A stretch of 63,315 bases of DNA, counting the filler, from Psammoneis japonica (taxonomy: Eukaryota), in assembly GCA_008632985.1 (NCBI GenBank). It is 3 parts of 3 records of this genome, joined end to end, with 100 filler letters (N's around TTAATTAATTAA, not from the genome) between each part and the next. Parts side by side here need not be neighbours in the genome. Positions count along the whole stretch, not along the records: positions 22,094 to 42,675 come from QPGO01000446.1; positions 42,776 to 63,315 come from QPGO01000447.1; 1 more part is not named here. The stretch is one strand, 5' to 3'. This document shows positions 33,005 through 44,701 of this stretch, one piece after another. Position numbers and translations under genes: made by a program. Position 1 is the stretch's first letter. Each line of letters begins with the position of its first letter. The notes beneath the pieces are model-generated. The model saw only the letters and a program-made list of their open reading frames with translations, ran no database searches and was not told the DNA's origin.

Positions 33005-36000
33005 TTACTCGCATTCGACAATATGTGTACCAGCATCTAGGTGCTCGAAAACGACGAGGCTTATGGATGTGTCGAGATGATCCGGCCTTTGGGTAAGCAT
33101 GGATTCACCGATTGAGCACGACCACGCTGAGGGAACCTCTAACGTGAGACCACTGATGTCAACTGGGAGCTTGATTTGTATCATGTGTCCGCCACCCGGC
33201 TCACTCTTGACGTCAACTTCGGCAACATCTCGTGCAGCGGCAAAGTCTCCCATCTCACTCAGCGTGAGAACCGATGCGTATTCCCTGATGTTATCATTAA
33301 ACTCAATCTCCCATTCAATTTTGTGGCGACCAGTGTACGGAAGACCGTCCTTGCTTTCGACTTCATCTGTTGGATGCGTAAGGATTACAATGATGCCTCC
33401 AAACTTGGCAATGCGCGCTGCAATGTGGTGGGTGTAGATAGACATTATGTTTCCTTCCGATTCAGATGAACGAAGTGGTAAGCTCACTGTATCTTCGAAC
33501 TGGATTGGCATCTCAAAGACGTTGACGCCCGATGCTGTACCGGGATTCCTCGCAGCGTCGTCATGCCCGAACAGCATCCGGAAATAGAGGTGTGTCGACA
33601 ATTCGTTCGCCTGGTTTATCGAGCTGACCGTGAATTCTGTTGCCTCGAGAGCTTCATTAAGTGTCGAAGGATACTTCAAGTGGCCGGGCCGGAAAGAGCG
33701 AGCCTTTTTATCGGGCAGCCCGGCCTGCTCATATACGGAATCTATCAAGAATTTACTAGCACGGAGCTCACCCAACACCGTTCCACCAGAAGTCTCATAA
33801 AGGCCGCAAGTGAATTCTCGGTCTGACCCATTCATCCTCCTCCAGTAGTTGCACACAAGGTCAGAATTTTTGTATGCTGGATGGTCACAGACAGAGACAC
33901 TCTCCTCTGAAAGTGGATGCGTTACGAAGATATGGGACGCATCTGTGCAGGTGATCTTGGGTGAATAGCCACTTCCGTAAGAGTATTGCTCTGTCCCATC
34001 GCCAATCGGAAAGTTGTTAAAATCTGGATTCCACGCAAAGAAATTTGGTGAATGGCTAACGGAATGCGAGCCCAGCTCGTGTCCTTGTTTCACTAGCTCA
34101 ACGAGAGCCTCTTGGTTCTCAAGGAAGAATGGGATGTCGTAGTCATCCCTTGTCACCTTTGTGAATAGCAGAAACGTCGATTTTATCCCTGCTTCGCTTT
34201 CCTTGACTGCGAAGTCTTTCCAAATTTCGGGGGCATTCGCATCGACATCATGAGTATACATAACCGCAAGTCGTTTGCCATGTGGAATGGGGTGCAAGGT
34301 GACGAAATCTTGACCGGAAGTGTATATGTTCTTGATCATGCGAATGAGCATGTCGAGACCAGGCTCAAAGGAGCTCGAGTACGTTCTGGAAATCGCCCCA
34401 AAGTCGTAGTTCCTAGAATCGCTACACAGCTCTCCAAGGTCAACTCCGACTACGTAGCAGGCACCACCATCTTCTCCTGCATTTTTTGAGACGGCGACGT
34501 CTTCAGTATCTTCTTCCGTATACTGCACGAACTGATGTTCATCGTACATGTACTCGCCGTTCGCCGTCAACATGGGACTTCGCCGAGTGTAGGTTGCAAT
34601 AGCTTCCGCATCTTCTTTCAGAGCTATGCTTTGTGCCGGCCTTCCGCTTCCGTAGTTGTAAGGACCTACCCAATCCTCCCAAATTTTGATGTATCGCTCG
34701 CTGTCCCCGCTGCCAGACGGACAATCGTAATCAGCTAGCATGGCACCAACTTCACAACCAAATAACGCTGCAGGCGAATCCGCAACTTTTGGTTCGAACT
34801 TGATATGAGCGTAATCTCTGTTGGATTCGAGTGTTTGTTTCACGCCGCATGCATCATGTAGCGTGTCGGTGTTCAATCGAACGAAAATTACCTTGTTGCT
34901 GCGACTATGGTCTGCAAGTTTCCGCGCCGCTCTTCTGGAGAGGCGGGCGTCGTTGGCCTCGGGGTACACGACGACAGTCCTGTGCAGAATGGCATCCTCC
35001 CAACTGGTCGTGACGGTGAGGGGGATTCCCATAATCTTGATAGCATGCACTAAGGCAAGCCACTGTGAATTTTCGTCGATGACGAGCAACGCCAACCGAT
35101 TATTCGCCGGAAAGCTTGTTTTGTATGACCTCTTGTAATCTGAGAGCGGTGTTTTAAGTGGGGTTAGAATTGGTGGCGTGGTTGTTTGCTCCGGGCCGCT
35201 AAGGTATTCACAGTCGCCCTTGTTATTTTTGCGCAGCACCAACGCAGGGTTCATCACAGCTGGAATTACCGTGTATATCTTTGGCTGACTTGTGAAGTAG
35301 ATCATTGTGTACTCGAGGACAAAATCCGCCTCTGAACTTTCTGGATTAGTGAAGCTGATTAGAATCTCCGACAAGGAAGTTAGATCAACTGGATTGTCTC
35401 TCCTTGCAGGAATGGAGGAAATCTTGAAGCAGTGATTCGTCCAATGCGACTTGTCAATATAGGTTTGCTGCTTAGATTGATGAGTGCTGTTCGAAACAAG
35501 CGTGATGTCAATGAAATGCTTTTCTGGAAAACGAATCCACAGGCAAACGTGAGTTCCGAAATCCGTTGCATCCACTGGAGGTGGAGCCTGGTCAGATATC
35601 TTCTTTGATCCATAAAAGTTGCGAAAGTAAATGTAGGAAGAGCTCGGCAGTGCGAAGTGTGTCTTGACTGCAAATGCCCCTGAAAGATGCTGTCCTGTTG
35701 TTCGCCAATCAAGCGTGTCGGAAATAATCTTCCCACCAGCTTCTAAAACTGCGAGCTTGTGACGTGATTCGTTTGGAACGAGATCACTTATGCGATATAG
35801 CGCATAGGGTGTGATTTCATTCAGAAAGTCAGAGTAGTGGTTGCGACAATCGGATGGTGCAGGTACTACTTCAAGCTCGGTATCCCCAAATGGCTTAGTT
35901 GGAAAGGCTGAGATGGTATCTTGGGTATCGGAGAAGGCGAGAAGTGCAAATTCCACCGCTTGCTCCCCTGGAACAGCATCAATGATCATTATGCTAACCT

Positions 36001-36589
36001 TCCACACCATCGAACCCTTGTTTCGAACGGGGAGTTTCCAATTGAGAAAATTGGATGATTCTGGGATTTCCACCACGTCAGACTTTTCTGGTTGGTCGTT
36101 TTCATAGTGTAGCTGCACCCGAAGGCGTTGGGCCACGGATGACTTTGTCCAGATAGAGAAGTATTTCCTTGAGGTTACACTTGGTTGCATTTGGTCAAAG
36201 GTAGAACCAAGCGGTAAAAAATCAAAGTAGAGATACTGGTACGAGAGATCCTTGTTTTCCGGCATTTCATATTTTGCATTGTACGAGTAGAACTGATTGT
36301 TCCCAACTTGCTTGAATTCGGGTGGAGAAACAAGACGGGTCTGAGAGCTATCGGGGGATTCTTCCTTGTCTGAACCCCACTGGATTGAATTGTTCTCATC
36401 GAGAAACGGATTTTTGAGTCGCATAAAGCCGGTTTGGCCCACGGAACCAAATAGAAAGTGGGCGAACTCAGTGATGGTCCGCGAATCAAAGTAAGCGGCG
36501 TCCTCGCTAGCATGCACATGAGATGCGCAGCTTGCCATCGCTGTTAGCAGCAGGGTTTGAACTTTTATCAGCATTCTCTTTACTCTCAT
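33005..36589 (-). CDS. Large secreted intronless protein with a C-terminal CE4/NodB-like polysaccharide deacetylase domain
   Basis: Signal-like MRVKRMLIKVQTLLLTAMASCASHVHA; YTHDVD, HELGSHSVSHS, SFRPGHL, ILTHP motifs; ~1190-aa open frame. Confidence 0.8.
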   Translation of the reverse strand: MRVKRMLIKVQTLLLTAMASCASHVHASEDAAYFDSRTITEFAHFLFGSVGQTGFMRLKNPFLDENNSIQWGSDKEESPDSSQTRLVSPPEFKQVGNNQFYSYNAKYEMPENKDLSYQYLYFDFLPLGSTFDQMQPSVTSRKYFSIWTKSSVAQRLRVQLHYENDQPEKSDVVEIPESSNFLNWKLPVRNKGSMVWKVSIMIIDAVPGEQAVEFALLAFSDTQDTISAFPTKPFGDTELEVVPAPSDCRNHYSDFLNEITPYALYRISDLVPNESRHKLAVLEAGGKIISDTLDWRTTGQHLSGAFAVKTHFALPSSSYIYFRNFYGSKKISDQAPPPVDATDFGTHVCLWIRFPEKHFIDITLVSNSTHQSKQQTYIDKSHWTNHCFKISSIPARRDNPVDLTSLSEILISFTNPESSEADFVLEYTMIYFTSQPKIYTVIPAVMNPALVLRKNNKGDCEYLSGPEQTTTPPILTPLKTPLSDYKRSYKTSFPANNRLALLVIDENSQWLALVHAIKIMGIPLTVTTSWEDAILHRTVVVYPEANDARLSRRAARKLADHSRSNKVIFVRLNTDTLHDACGVKQTLESNRDYAHIKFEPKVADSPAALFGCEVGAMLADYDCPSGSGDSERYIKIWEDWVGPYNYGSGRPAQSIALKEDAEAIATYTRRSPMLTANGEYMYDEHQFVQYTEEDTEDVAVSKNAGEDGGACYVVGVDLGELCSDSRNYDFGAISRTYSSSFEPGLDMLIRMIKNIYTSGQDFVTLHPIPHGKRLAVMYTHDVDANAPEIWKDFAVKESEAGIKSTFLLFTKVTRDDYDIPFFLENQEALVELVKQGHELGSHSVSHSPNFFAWNPDFNNFPIGDGTEQYSYGSGYSPKITCTDASHIFVTHPLSEESVSVCDHPAYKNSDLVCNYWRRMNGSDREFTCGLYETSGGTVLGELRASKFLIDSVYEQAGLPDKKARSFRPGHLKYPSTLNEALEATEFTVSSINQANELSTHLYFRMLFGHDDAARNPGTASGVNVFEMPIQFEDTVSLPLRSSESEGNIMSIYTHHIAARIAKFGGIIVILTHPTDEVESKDGLPYTGRHKIEWEIEFNDNIREYASVLTLSEMGDFAAARDVAEVDVKSEPGGGHMIQIKLPVDISGLTLEVPSAWSCSIGESMLTQRPDHLDTSISLVVFEHLDAGTHIVECE

Positions 36590-37004
36590 GATGATGTTGT
36601 GTTTTTGTGAGTTGTTGAAAAAGCGAATGAGAATCAATTTGGCGGGACGGATTTGCTCCACGATTTAGATTGATTCCCATCGGGTAATTTCTATCTCCGA
36701 AAGTGATACTGTTCGAATAGTATCGACAAAATAGAGCACACAGTTCATATAGGTAATCATACCTGAAGGCATCTTGAATTTTTCAAAAGACACGACTCAT
36801 GCAGTCGCAATCCGCCATCACGTAGCAGCGCGATGTGATGATGATTCTTGCGCGGTTTACGATGACGTGTTCAAAAGCTTCGGATCGAGAACTATGGTGT
36901 ATCGGTAAAAGTTTTATGCGATCATTTTGTACTTCCAAAAAAGAAGAAACCCTGTCCCTGTCCAATGTTCACTTGTCGTCTATAACGGTGAAGCGATCAC
37001 GAGA

Positions 37005-38215
37005 ATGAAGTTAAATCTTTTTTCGTTAGTTTCCGCGGCGTTTCTGTTGCAAGAGGCTACTGGATTTTCGCCCGCATCAACCGCGGCGGGTTGGACCGCC
37101 TCCAGCACTAGTCAGTTGCAGGCAACATGGTCTGACAACAGAGCGACGATGGAGTATCAAGCGTTCTTACAGTCAGGAAAGCAAGAGATTGAAAAAGCAA
37201 AAGATGGACCTTGTGTCATTGTCAAGCCTTTGGAAGGACCGACAACCGTAGCAGACGCTCTTGTCCGCATGGGTCAAGGCGATGACATGGTTCTGACGCC
37301 GGATCAGGACATTCCAGCTGATGCCAGTGGATCTTTCCCAATCTACATTACAATCCCTCCCACTCAACTAAAGGAGTATCTCAAAAATCTGCCCGAGGGG
37401 TTAAAATCTCGCCGAGAAGATTTAGTATTCTTTTCTGGCGGATTGGAATGCGGAAACATTGAAGCTGTCCTAAAAGACTTTGGGTATGCTCGGGACTCCA
37501 TGACGCAAGTTCTCATACCAGGTATTAAAGTTTCTGGTACTCTGATTGAAGATACCTCTGTGAATCTTGGCACTGCTGGAGATGGGAGCGAAAAGTGGGC
37601 CGGAGAGTGTGCAGCATGCGGGAAATGGTGCGGAGCTATTGAAAATCGACTAGAATCAAACGCTATTCGATGCAAGACTGGTTTCTACAGGGAATGGAAG
37701 CGACTCATGGTGAGTATACAATAGGGTGATGCATATGCCAACGCCCAATTGTATTCTTTTCTTCAGGCCCTCACTCTTATGCCTCGAAACGATTCTTGCA
37801 GTGGGAGCAAACAGTCTTGGATGCCGTTTTTAATTTAGTAGGAGCTGTTCGATCGGAACCGACAACCGTTGCTGATGTTGCACTCTACTATGAAGAAGAA
37901 GTATCAAACATGCTGTGGGAAATCACTAATGTGCTTCGTGGCTCTAGGGCCATCACTTTGACCTTTGGGTTCGAAGAACGCATGTTTGGCGTTGCCGAAG
38001 CTCGCGGAGCAGATCAACCCTGTATTCTTATTGATGAAATGCACCCATTTCTGTACCAACCATTTGAAATGTCCAAAACTTTTCTTCAGTACTTGTGCTA
38101 TGCCCAAGATGAAATGGGATTGCTCCCGACTGTGACGTTTTCACGAAAAAGCCCTGACACAATGGAGAAACCGAAATTTATTCAGGGGAACTTAAGGGCC
38201 GACGGTGTTGTGTAA
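37005..38215 (+). CDS. Plastid-targeted protein, distantly ketopantoate-reductase-like algal family; exons 37005-37709 and 37802-38215
   Basis: Signal peptide ending ATG|FSP (diatom ASAFAP type); GTGAGT..GCAG phase-0 intron; EDLVFF and WE....AVFNLVGA motifs. Family call moderate. Confidence 0.75.
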
Positions 38216-38552
38216 TGCAGGAATAATGTATTGCAACCATAAGCCTATCTTTTTGGAAGCTAGCTTGAGCTCTAGAGCGATGGGTTTTTGTTTTGGTTGC
38301 CTACGGTAGCTTTCTTCCTTCGCCTGCGTCTTCCTACCGTAATCATAATGGCGGTAGAGCAGCGCAGGCGTGTGTGCTCTTCACTCCGGAAACCAGGTTT
38401 ATTCTTCCATATACAGTTATGAAGGAAAATATAAATTGATTTGTTGACGGCCTCACATTTTTGCATTTGACAGATCGTCTCTTTTGCAAGTGCAACGCGT
38501 TGAGTAAGACCTGTTTAGAGAAGAGAGGTGACAAGATATCACACTATTTAGA

Positions 38553-40170
38553 ATGGCGCAAGGCTACGGGAGTATCGAAGCTGCTGCGAAGAAAGTGGAA
38601 GTTGGCGAAGGGGGAGATCCGCCAGTGAGAACTGGCGAAGACGTACCGACGGGTAGATGGCATGTTGCTGCGGTGGCCGCACTCGGACTTGTCGGGGTTT
38701 GCGCTTTCTTGAGGGCAAACTCGGCTAACTTGTCGACTGTGCCAATGTTGGGTCTAAAAAAGTCTGATCCAGAACGTCAACTCTTCTATCATCACCAAAT
38801 TGTTGATCACCATGATCCGGACTCTGGCAAGTACACTCAGAGTACTACGAGTCGTTGGATTACTTCAAGGGCCCGGGAAGTCCATTTTTCTAATTCTCGG
38901 TGGAGAGGATGAACTCGAGAAGATTCTGTATCCATTTGTTTCCGAGAATCTAGCAGAGCGATTCGGTGCTTATACCATGTGCGTTGAACATCGCTTCTTC
39001 GGCACGTCGCAGCCTGTCAAACACCCCACAAACGCTGAACTTGGACGGCTCTTGACTCCAGAACAAGCCATGCTTGACGCTGTCAAAATAGTGCAGCACA
39101 AGCAAAAAAGTTTGGGTGCAGCCTCGACCGCAACAGTCACAAATACTGTCCCGTCATTTCAGTCGGAGCTAGTTATCCGGGGTTCTTATCAGCCTTGATG
39201 CGCATTGTCTACCCAGATGTCGTTGATATTGGATACGCGAGTTCCGCCCCGCTTCATCTCTATTCGCACAACGTGGATCAGGGTGCATACTACGAAAAAG
39301 TTACAGAGGTGGCTGAATCTGCTTCTCCAGGATGCAAGCAAGCTGTCAAAACAGCCTTGATGGAAGGACAAGCTAAAATGCAAACGCCGTCACAGTCTTC
39401 TGTCCGCGACTTTGCGTCTGTCATGGGCATTTGCCTCGATACGCTTCCTGATTATATCGACAGTGGCGCACTTTTATCTCAAGAAGTCGATATGGTGATT
39501 GCAAACTACTTTGCCGAAGACAATATGGATTTCTATCCTCCGTCGTCCGAACGGCTTTTGGTGAAAGGGTGTGAGGCTTTTCAAAAGAGAATCGAAACTG
39601 GCCGAAAAGATCGGCTCGTTCTTGGCCATACACGGTGAGGACGACGAAGAATGTTTTGATATTACGTCCGACCTCCCACCAGGACCACACGCCACCATTT
39701 CTGCGTCCGATTGGTCTGGAGTGGGCGACGGCAACTCTGGATACATGTGGGACTTTCTTTCCTGTATTTGGATTCCAGAATGTGGCATGTCTGCGTCAAG
39801 CATGTTTCCTCCTCGTCCATGGTCACAGTCGTGGATGACGAATTACTGCGAGCGTCGATTTGATTGGACTCCCGACACTAATGAACTTGTAGACCAGTTC
39901 GGGTTTGACGATTTGAGCCATGTGACGCGTCTCTTGTTTACCAATGGCATTAATGACGGCTGGTCTGTGGCGTCGATTATGAACAACGTGTCCGAGAGCG
40001 TGCTTGCCATCAACATGATCAATGGGGCGCACCACAGCGACTTGACGCATGAAGGTCCGTCGGAGCGTGACACGGAAGACGTGAAGGAAGCGTTCAAGCA
40101 AATCGAACCATTATTGGAGGACTGGCTTGATGATTTGGACGGCGAGCGTAGTAGCGCTGAACATGAGTGA
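38553..40170 (+). CDS. Serine peptidase family S28 (prolylcarboxypeptidase-like), with several 1-nt frameshifts
   Basis: HQIVDH, ILGGE, EHRFFG, GASYPG (~39165), YASSAP, FTNGINDGW, GAHHSDL spread over frames; breaks near 38845, 38885, 39115, 39585. Confidence 0.85.
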
Positions 40171-40446
40171 GTTAATTAAACGTTGCACCTATAAATTAGA
40201 GTTAGATAGCAAGAGAGTGCTTTGAAAGCGGGTAATGGAAGCCTCGTATGTTTCCAATCATTGCTGAAACGAAGACTATTGAACGCCACTACATGGCGCA
40301 GACAAGAAGAAAGTTTGCCGTCAATGATCCATCAATCCCGCGTTTTCGTTGTCATCAGGGATAGGAGTAGGGTCAAAATTCTTGTGACGGATCTATGATG
40401 ACTATTTTTTTTGGAACGCAAGCAAACCATCAGAATCGAAACATCA

Positions 40447-41801
40447 TCAGTCATTACCGGGGCACCTTGTTTCCTTCAGGATGCTAATCAAGCCAGAGAT
40501 GAATCGTTCAATATCCCACTTTGACGTGAAAATGCTGTGTGACACACGAATGCAGTTTTGAATCAGTGGTGAACCGCCTTGATGATCCGAAAGTTCCTTG
40601 ACCACTACTCCAAATTCCAATCTGAGACGGCGTGCGACCTCCGCATTGGACAGCCGCGATGGTAACGAAACGGTAACAATGCAAGACTCGGCACCCGAGT
40701 TTGGTGAGGGTGAAAGAATGGAAACATCGTCGGGGAGATGACGTAGTAGAGCATTTCGAGTGAGTTTTGCCATTGCAAGGCCATGAGATTCAGCGGCGTC
40801 AAGACCACCAAAAGCATCCATCAGGTCTAGAGCATACTTGAGCCCAGCAATGCTTTGCAGTGGGACAGTTCCAGCATTTTGAGAGTATCCATGGAAGCCT
40901 CTTGCTAGTTGAGCCGGACGAATCACATCTTGTGGATATCCCTTCTTGATGTATAGCAGCCCGGTGCCTTTTGGCGCAAGAAGCCACTTGTGCGCCGATA
41001 CGGTGTAAACGTCCACGCCGCATTCAGCGAGATTCACATTGACATTGCCAGGGCCTTGGGCTCCGTCTACAACGAAAAGAGCATTCATTGCATGTGCCAT
41101 TATTGCCAACTGCGACAGAGGCAGCCTGGCTCCTGTCGTTGTTAAAACATGTGATATGGCCACAACGCTGTATCGTATCCCTTTGATCTGTGCTACGTGT
41201 ATCTGTTGCTGAAACGCGTTTATAATGGAATCTGGTGTCAAGTCATCACCTACAGGCAATGAAACTCGGTCGATTCCGCTCAACCGCTTATTATTGACCC
41301 AATGTTCCCATACCGCAAGACCACCATTGTGCTCTTGATCGGTAGTGAGAACACGATCCGATGGCTTGAGGTATCCAGTAGCAACGAGCCCTTCACCGAC
41401 GAGATTCAACGAGACAGTGGTGGACGGCGTCAAGGACAACTCGTCCAAGTGACAACCAAGCATGTCTGCGGCTTGTTGACGCACGGCGTCGAGAGAGGAT
41501 GATTCATCGTTGAATCATTACACCAAGGATAGTTATTGTGAGGATCCGTTTCAAGATCTTCCCACACTTTTACAGCACATTCCAACACTGGACGTGCCAT
41601 TGGTCCCAATGTGGCAGCATTCATATATGAAATGTTGTAGAGAGACGTGTAAAACAGATCTCGATCTGCTGGCAATTTGCTTCCTCGGAGGCTTTCAATT
41701 GGTATGCAAGGTGGGAAAACGAGTGCAACGCAACATGGTCGTGCCAATAACAACAAAATCACGCGACTCCATGCTGACAAAAATAACAGAGTTGTCGTCA
41801 T
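40447..41801 (-). CDS. Class-V PLP-dependent aminotransferase / cysteine desulfurase / isopenicillin-N-epimerase-like protein with hydrophobic N-terminus; one frame break near 41495
   Basis: YMNAATLGP, SHVLTTTG, VDGAQGPG, SAHKWLLAPKGTG (PLP lysine), IRVSHSIF. Confidence 0.87.
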
Positions 41802-42162
41802 CAGTTTATGACTTGCGTTGCGGATCTGACTGACTCGAAATCCGACATTAACATCATCGCGGCGGCCTACTTGTGCCCATCGTCGCCAAACTGCAAACTG
41901 CTGCAGGATGAGATGTGAGATGTAACCCGCAAAATGATATGGATATACAGTCACGTATACGTTTAAAATTCAAGCGACATGGTGACAGACGGGTGACCGA
42001 CGACCACAGAAAAATTCGAAATCCTCAAAATCCTGCTCCTTCGCCTACCTTTGTCATCCTGCTCTAACGAAGAAGGAAGAAGGAAAGGGCGGCATGTAAT
42101 AGAGCAGTTGCTGTGATAAGAAGGCAAGAACAGATTATTATACCATCCTTTTCAGAAGCACC

Positions 42163-42603
42163 ATGACAAACGAACAAGAAACAGACGACTCTCCTATAAC
42201 GACTGTTTTGATTGTCCTGGGTGACGCCTTGCACTTTGAACCGAGCGGAGCGTCCGAAGTCTTGTCCGTCAAGATTCATTCCAAGGACGAATTAGCGTCC
42301 ACACTCTCCAATGCCAAGGAACGCGTCACGACCGCTTCACTCGATTCGGTGCACGTTATAATTACAGCCTCGTCGATACCCGTGTTGTATGACGATGAGG
42401 TTGTTACAACCTTTGGTTCGTGTCTCAAGGTGGGTGGAGAAACAACGGTTCACGTCATGAGCAGTGCTGGCCATGGAGCAGCAGACGTGCAAGCGGGTGA
42501 TGTCGATGGTATTCGAACATCACTCGTCTTGTCGGGTCTGAGACTCGAGTCGGAGGGGATGGCGGGAGACAATGGTTGGGCTCTCACTGCGAGAAAGGTA
42601 TAG
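42163..42603 (+). CDS. Hypothetical protein, possibly an anamorsin/Dre2 N-terminal methyltransferase-like domain; may splice onward into the gap
   Basis: 146-aa ORF with LKVGG..SLVLSGL..ARK pattern; AAG|GTATAG at the end could be a splice donor. Confidence 0.45.
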   Translation: MTNEQETDDSPITTVLIVLGDALHFEPSGASEVLSVKIHSKDELASTLSNAKERVTTASLDSVHVIITASSIPVLYDDEVVTTFGSCLKVGGETTVHVMSSAGHGAADVQAGDVDGIRTSLVLSGLRLESEGMAGDNGWALTARKV

Positions 42604-42675
42604 ACAACGTGTTATTTGTGGAGACATTGACCTCTTGCTAGAGGAATACTTGCTGGCTTCATACCTTGTCTAGTA

Positions 42676-42775
42676 NNNNNNNNNNNNNNNNNNNNNNNNN
42701 NNNNNNNNNNNNNNNNNNNTTAATTAATTAANNNNNNNNNNNNNNNNNNNNNNNNNNNNNNNNNNNNNNNNNNNN
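42676..42775. other. Artificial 100-bp scaffold gap/linker
   Basis: N run with central TTAATTAATTAA. Confidence 0.97.
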
Positions 42776-43630
42776 CGCGTTGTTCCCGCTGTGTCAAGCG
42801 GCAGGTAAGCCACACGCTGTTGAGATATATTATGTCGTTGTGAGAATGTCTGACTCAAGCGGTTGCTTTCCATTTTTCTGCTATCCCTTGCATTGGAAAA
42901 GTCACTGCGGGTCTATCACCCGAGGACGCTAAGTCAACGACGGACGTAAGTCGCCGCTTCTTTTGATTCGAGCGTGTTCCCGTGTGCTATCCTTTTGCCC
43001 CACTCACTCTCCTACTTTTTGCCATCTCCCACGTTGCTTTCACTCTTACATTTCCAGCCTATGACTGCTGATGAAGAAGTCATTAGTGACACAAGAGATT
43101 TGGGCATCGTGGATCGAATCCGATGTTGTTTGCGAAGCGAGGAGTGCCAGGTATGTTGCGCCCATGTGTGTAGTCAAATTCATCTCCGCATTGTAGCGGC
43201 TTGAGAATTGTTCAAATTCTTTTTTCTTCAATGCCGTCGTTCTATAGAGCGGAGGGGGAAATTCCCGAGGTCGTGCTTTCGACCCTATCGGCTGCATCCC
43301 CGCATGTGATTCTTCTACCTTCTGCTGGAATGTTGGAGGTAATGATGCTTGGTAAGGGTTTGAGAGACATTTTGTTCAATGAATCAATAATGCGTGAAAC
43401 TGGTATTCTGACCTCACATGGCTTATTTCATCGTTCGCAGCCTTGATCGGTATTCATTTAGCAATGGACAGGGATGCGCTTTTGACTACTTTTGCCAGAG
43501 CAAATACTGCGCCAGACCATCTTTCTTAGGCGCATACGAGTGCACTGCAAGAAAGGCCAGCGGCTCTGCGTGTTTACGTAGTAGAGAGTGCGATAGTTTT
43601 CGTTGCAATTGGTTGTTTACTTGCGACTAA
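42776..43630 (+). CDS. Small Cys-rich, probably secreted protein with 5 exons (..42804, 42902-42945, 43058-43150, 43248-43351, 43441-43630); start lost in gap
   Basis: Donors GTAAGC, GTAAGT, GTATGT, GTAAGG with AG acceptors give one continuous frame ending ..GSACLRSRECDSFRCNWLFTCD*. Confidence 0.75.
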
Positions 43631-44701
43631 GCGGCGAATCAATGTGTGGCGAGAAAGTCCAAATTGCATTGTACGGCAGTAGAAAAGGAAGGATGGTCCA
43701 TTGTTGGCACTGCCTGAATGCTTAAACAGTATCTCCTGTTGTTATTACTTAATAATTTTGTTATTCATTCGAGCCAGCATCCACACTTTAGCAAATATCT
43801 TTATGTACGATTTTATTCTTTTTCGTTTGTTCAACTGTTCGGCATTATAACCCGCGACTACAGTACATCGTAAGCTCTTTAGAAAAACCATAGCCCTCAA
43901 CAACAGCTCCCTCACGATTGATACACAGAGTTTGGTGCAAACAGCAGTGGTCACCCATCCTCTGCGCGTTTTATTCATCGGCATGAATCCAAACAGAATA
44001 CTCTGCTTGACAATTTTGTGCCGATATATGTCCATTTCATTCCTTTCCCACACGTACGTTACAATCAAAACTAGCGGGACATTGGATTCTCTGGCTTTCT
44101 GCAAAATAACGCGGGCTGAGAAAATTTGACCGAGAGCGATCCGAGCAACCGCGCTCTACACGTTGCATGGATTCCTTTACAATGAACCATGACAATGAAA
44201 CACGCCCCGCATTGCGGAACGACCGGCAATCGGTGGCATAAAAAAGAAAGTGCAACAATGCATTCTTGCTTGTAGATTTCCAAGTGTTGGACAGTAGTGG
44301 TGAGAACAACGCGACGATTGTCGCATCATTAGCATGGCGCACGTTGAAGCACAGAGGCAGAGGAGCGGCTCAAGCCAATTTCTTTTTCGCATCAAACTGG
44401 AACGAAACCGTACAGACTGCAACGAATCGTTCTCTGGTATCTCATCTCTTTGTACCTGTTTGGCTCTATCACCAGTCTCGTTGTCGTATCCATCACTTCC
44501 ATCATTCCCATCGTCTTCCAAATTGTCGTCAAGTGCCGCGGTTGAGCGTCGCGTTGAAGGGACGTGCAGCTTTGGTGCTCGTAATGCGCTTCTATTCCAA
44601 AATTTTCAAAAATTAAAAATTCCCTCCGACATGACGTCACTCGACATTCGTCACAAAAAAGTTGAACCACAGAATTTATTTCAAATCGGCGGTGAGCCTC
44701 A

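Noticed and set aside
43745..44700. Short ORFs between the Cys-rich gene and the methyltransferase
   Set aside because: No recognisable motifs or consistent splice structure.
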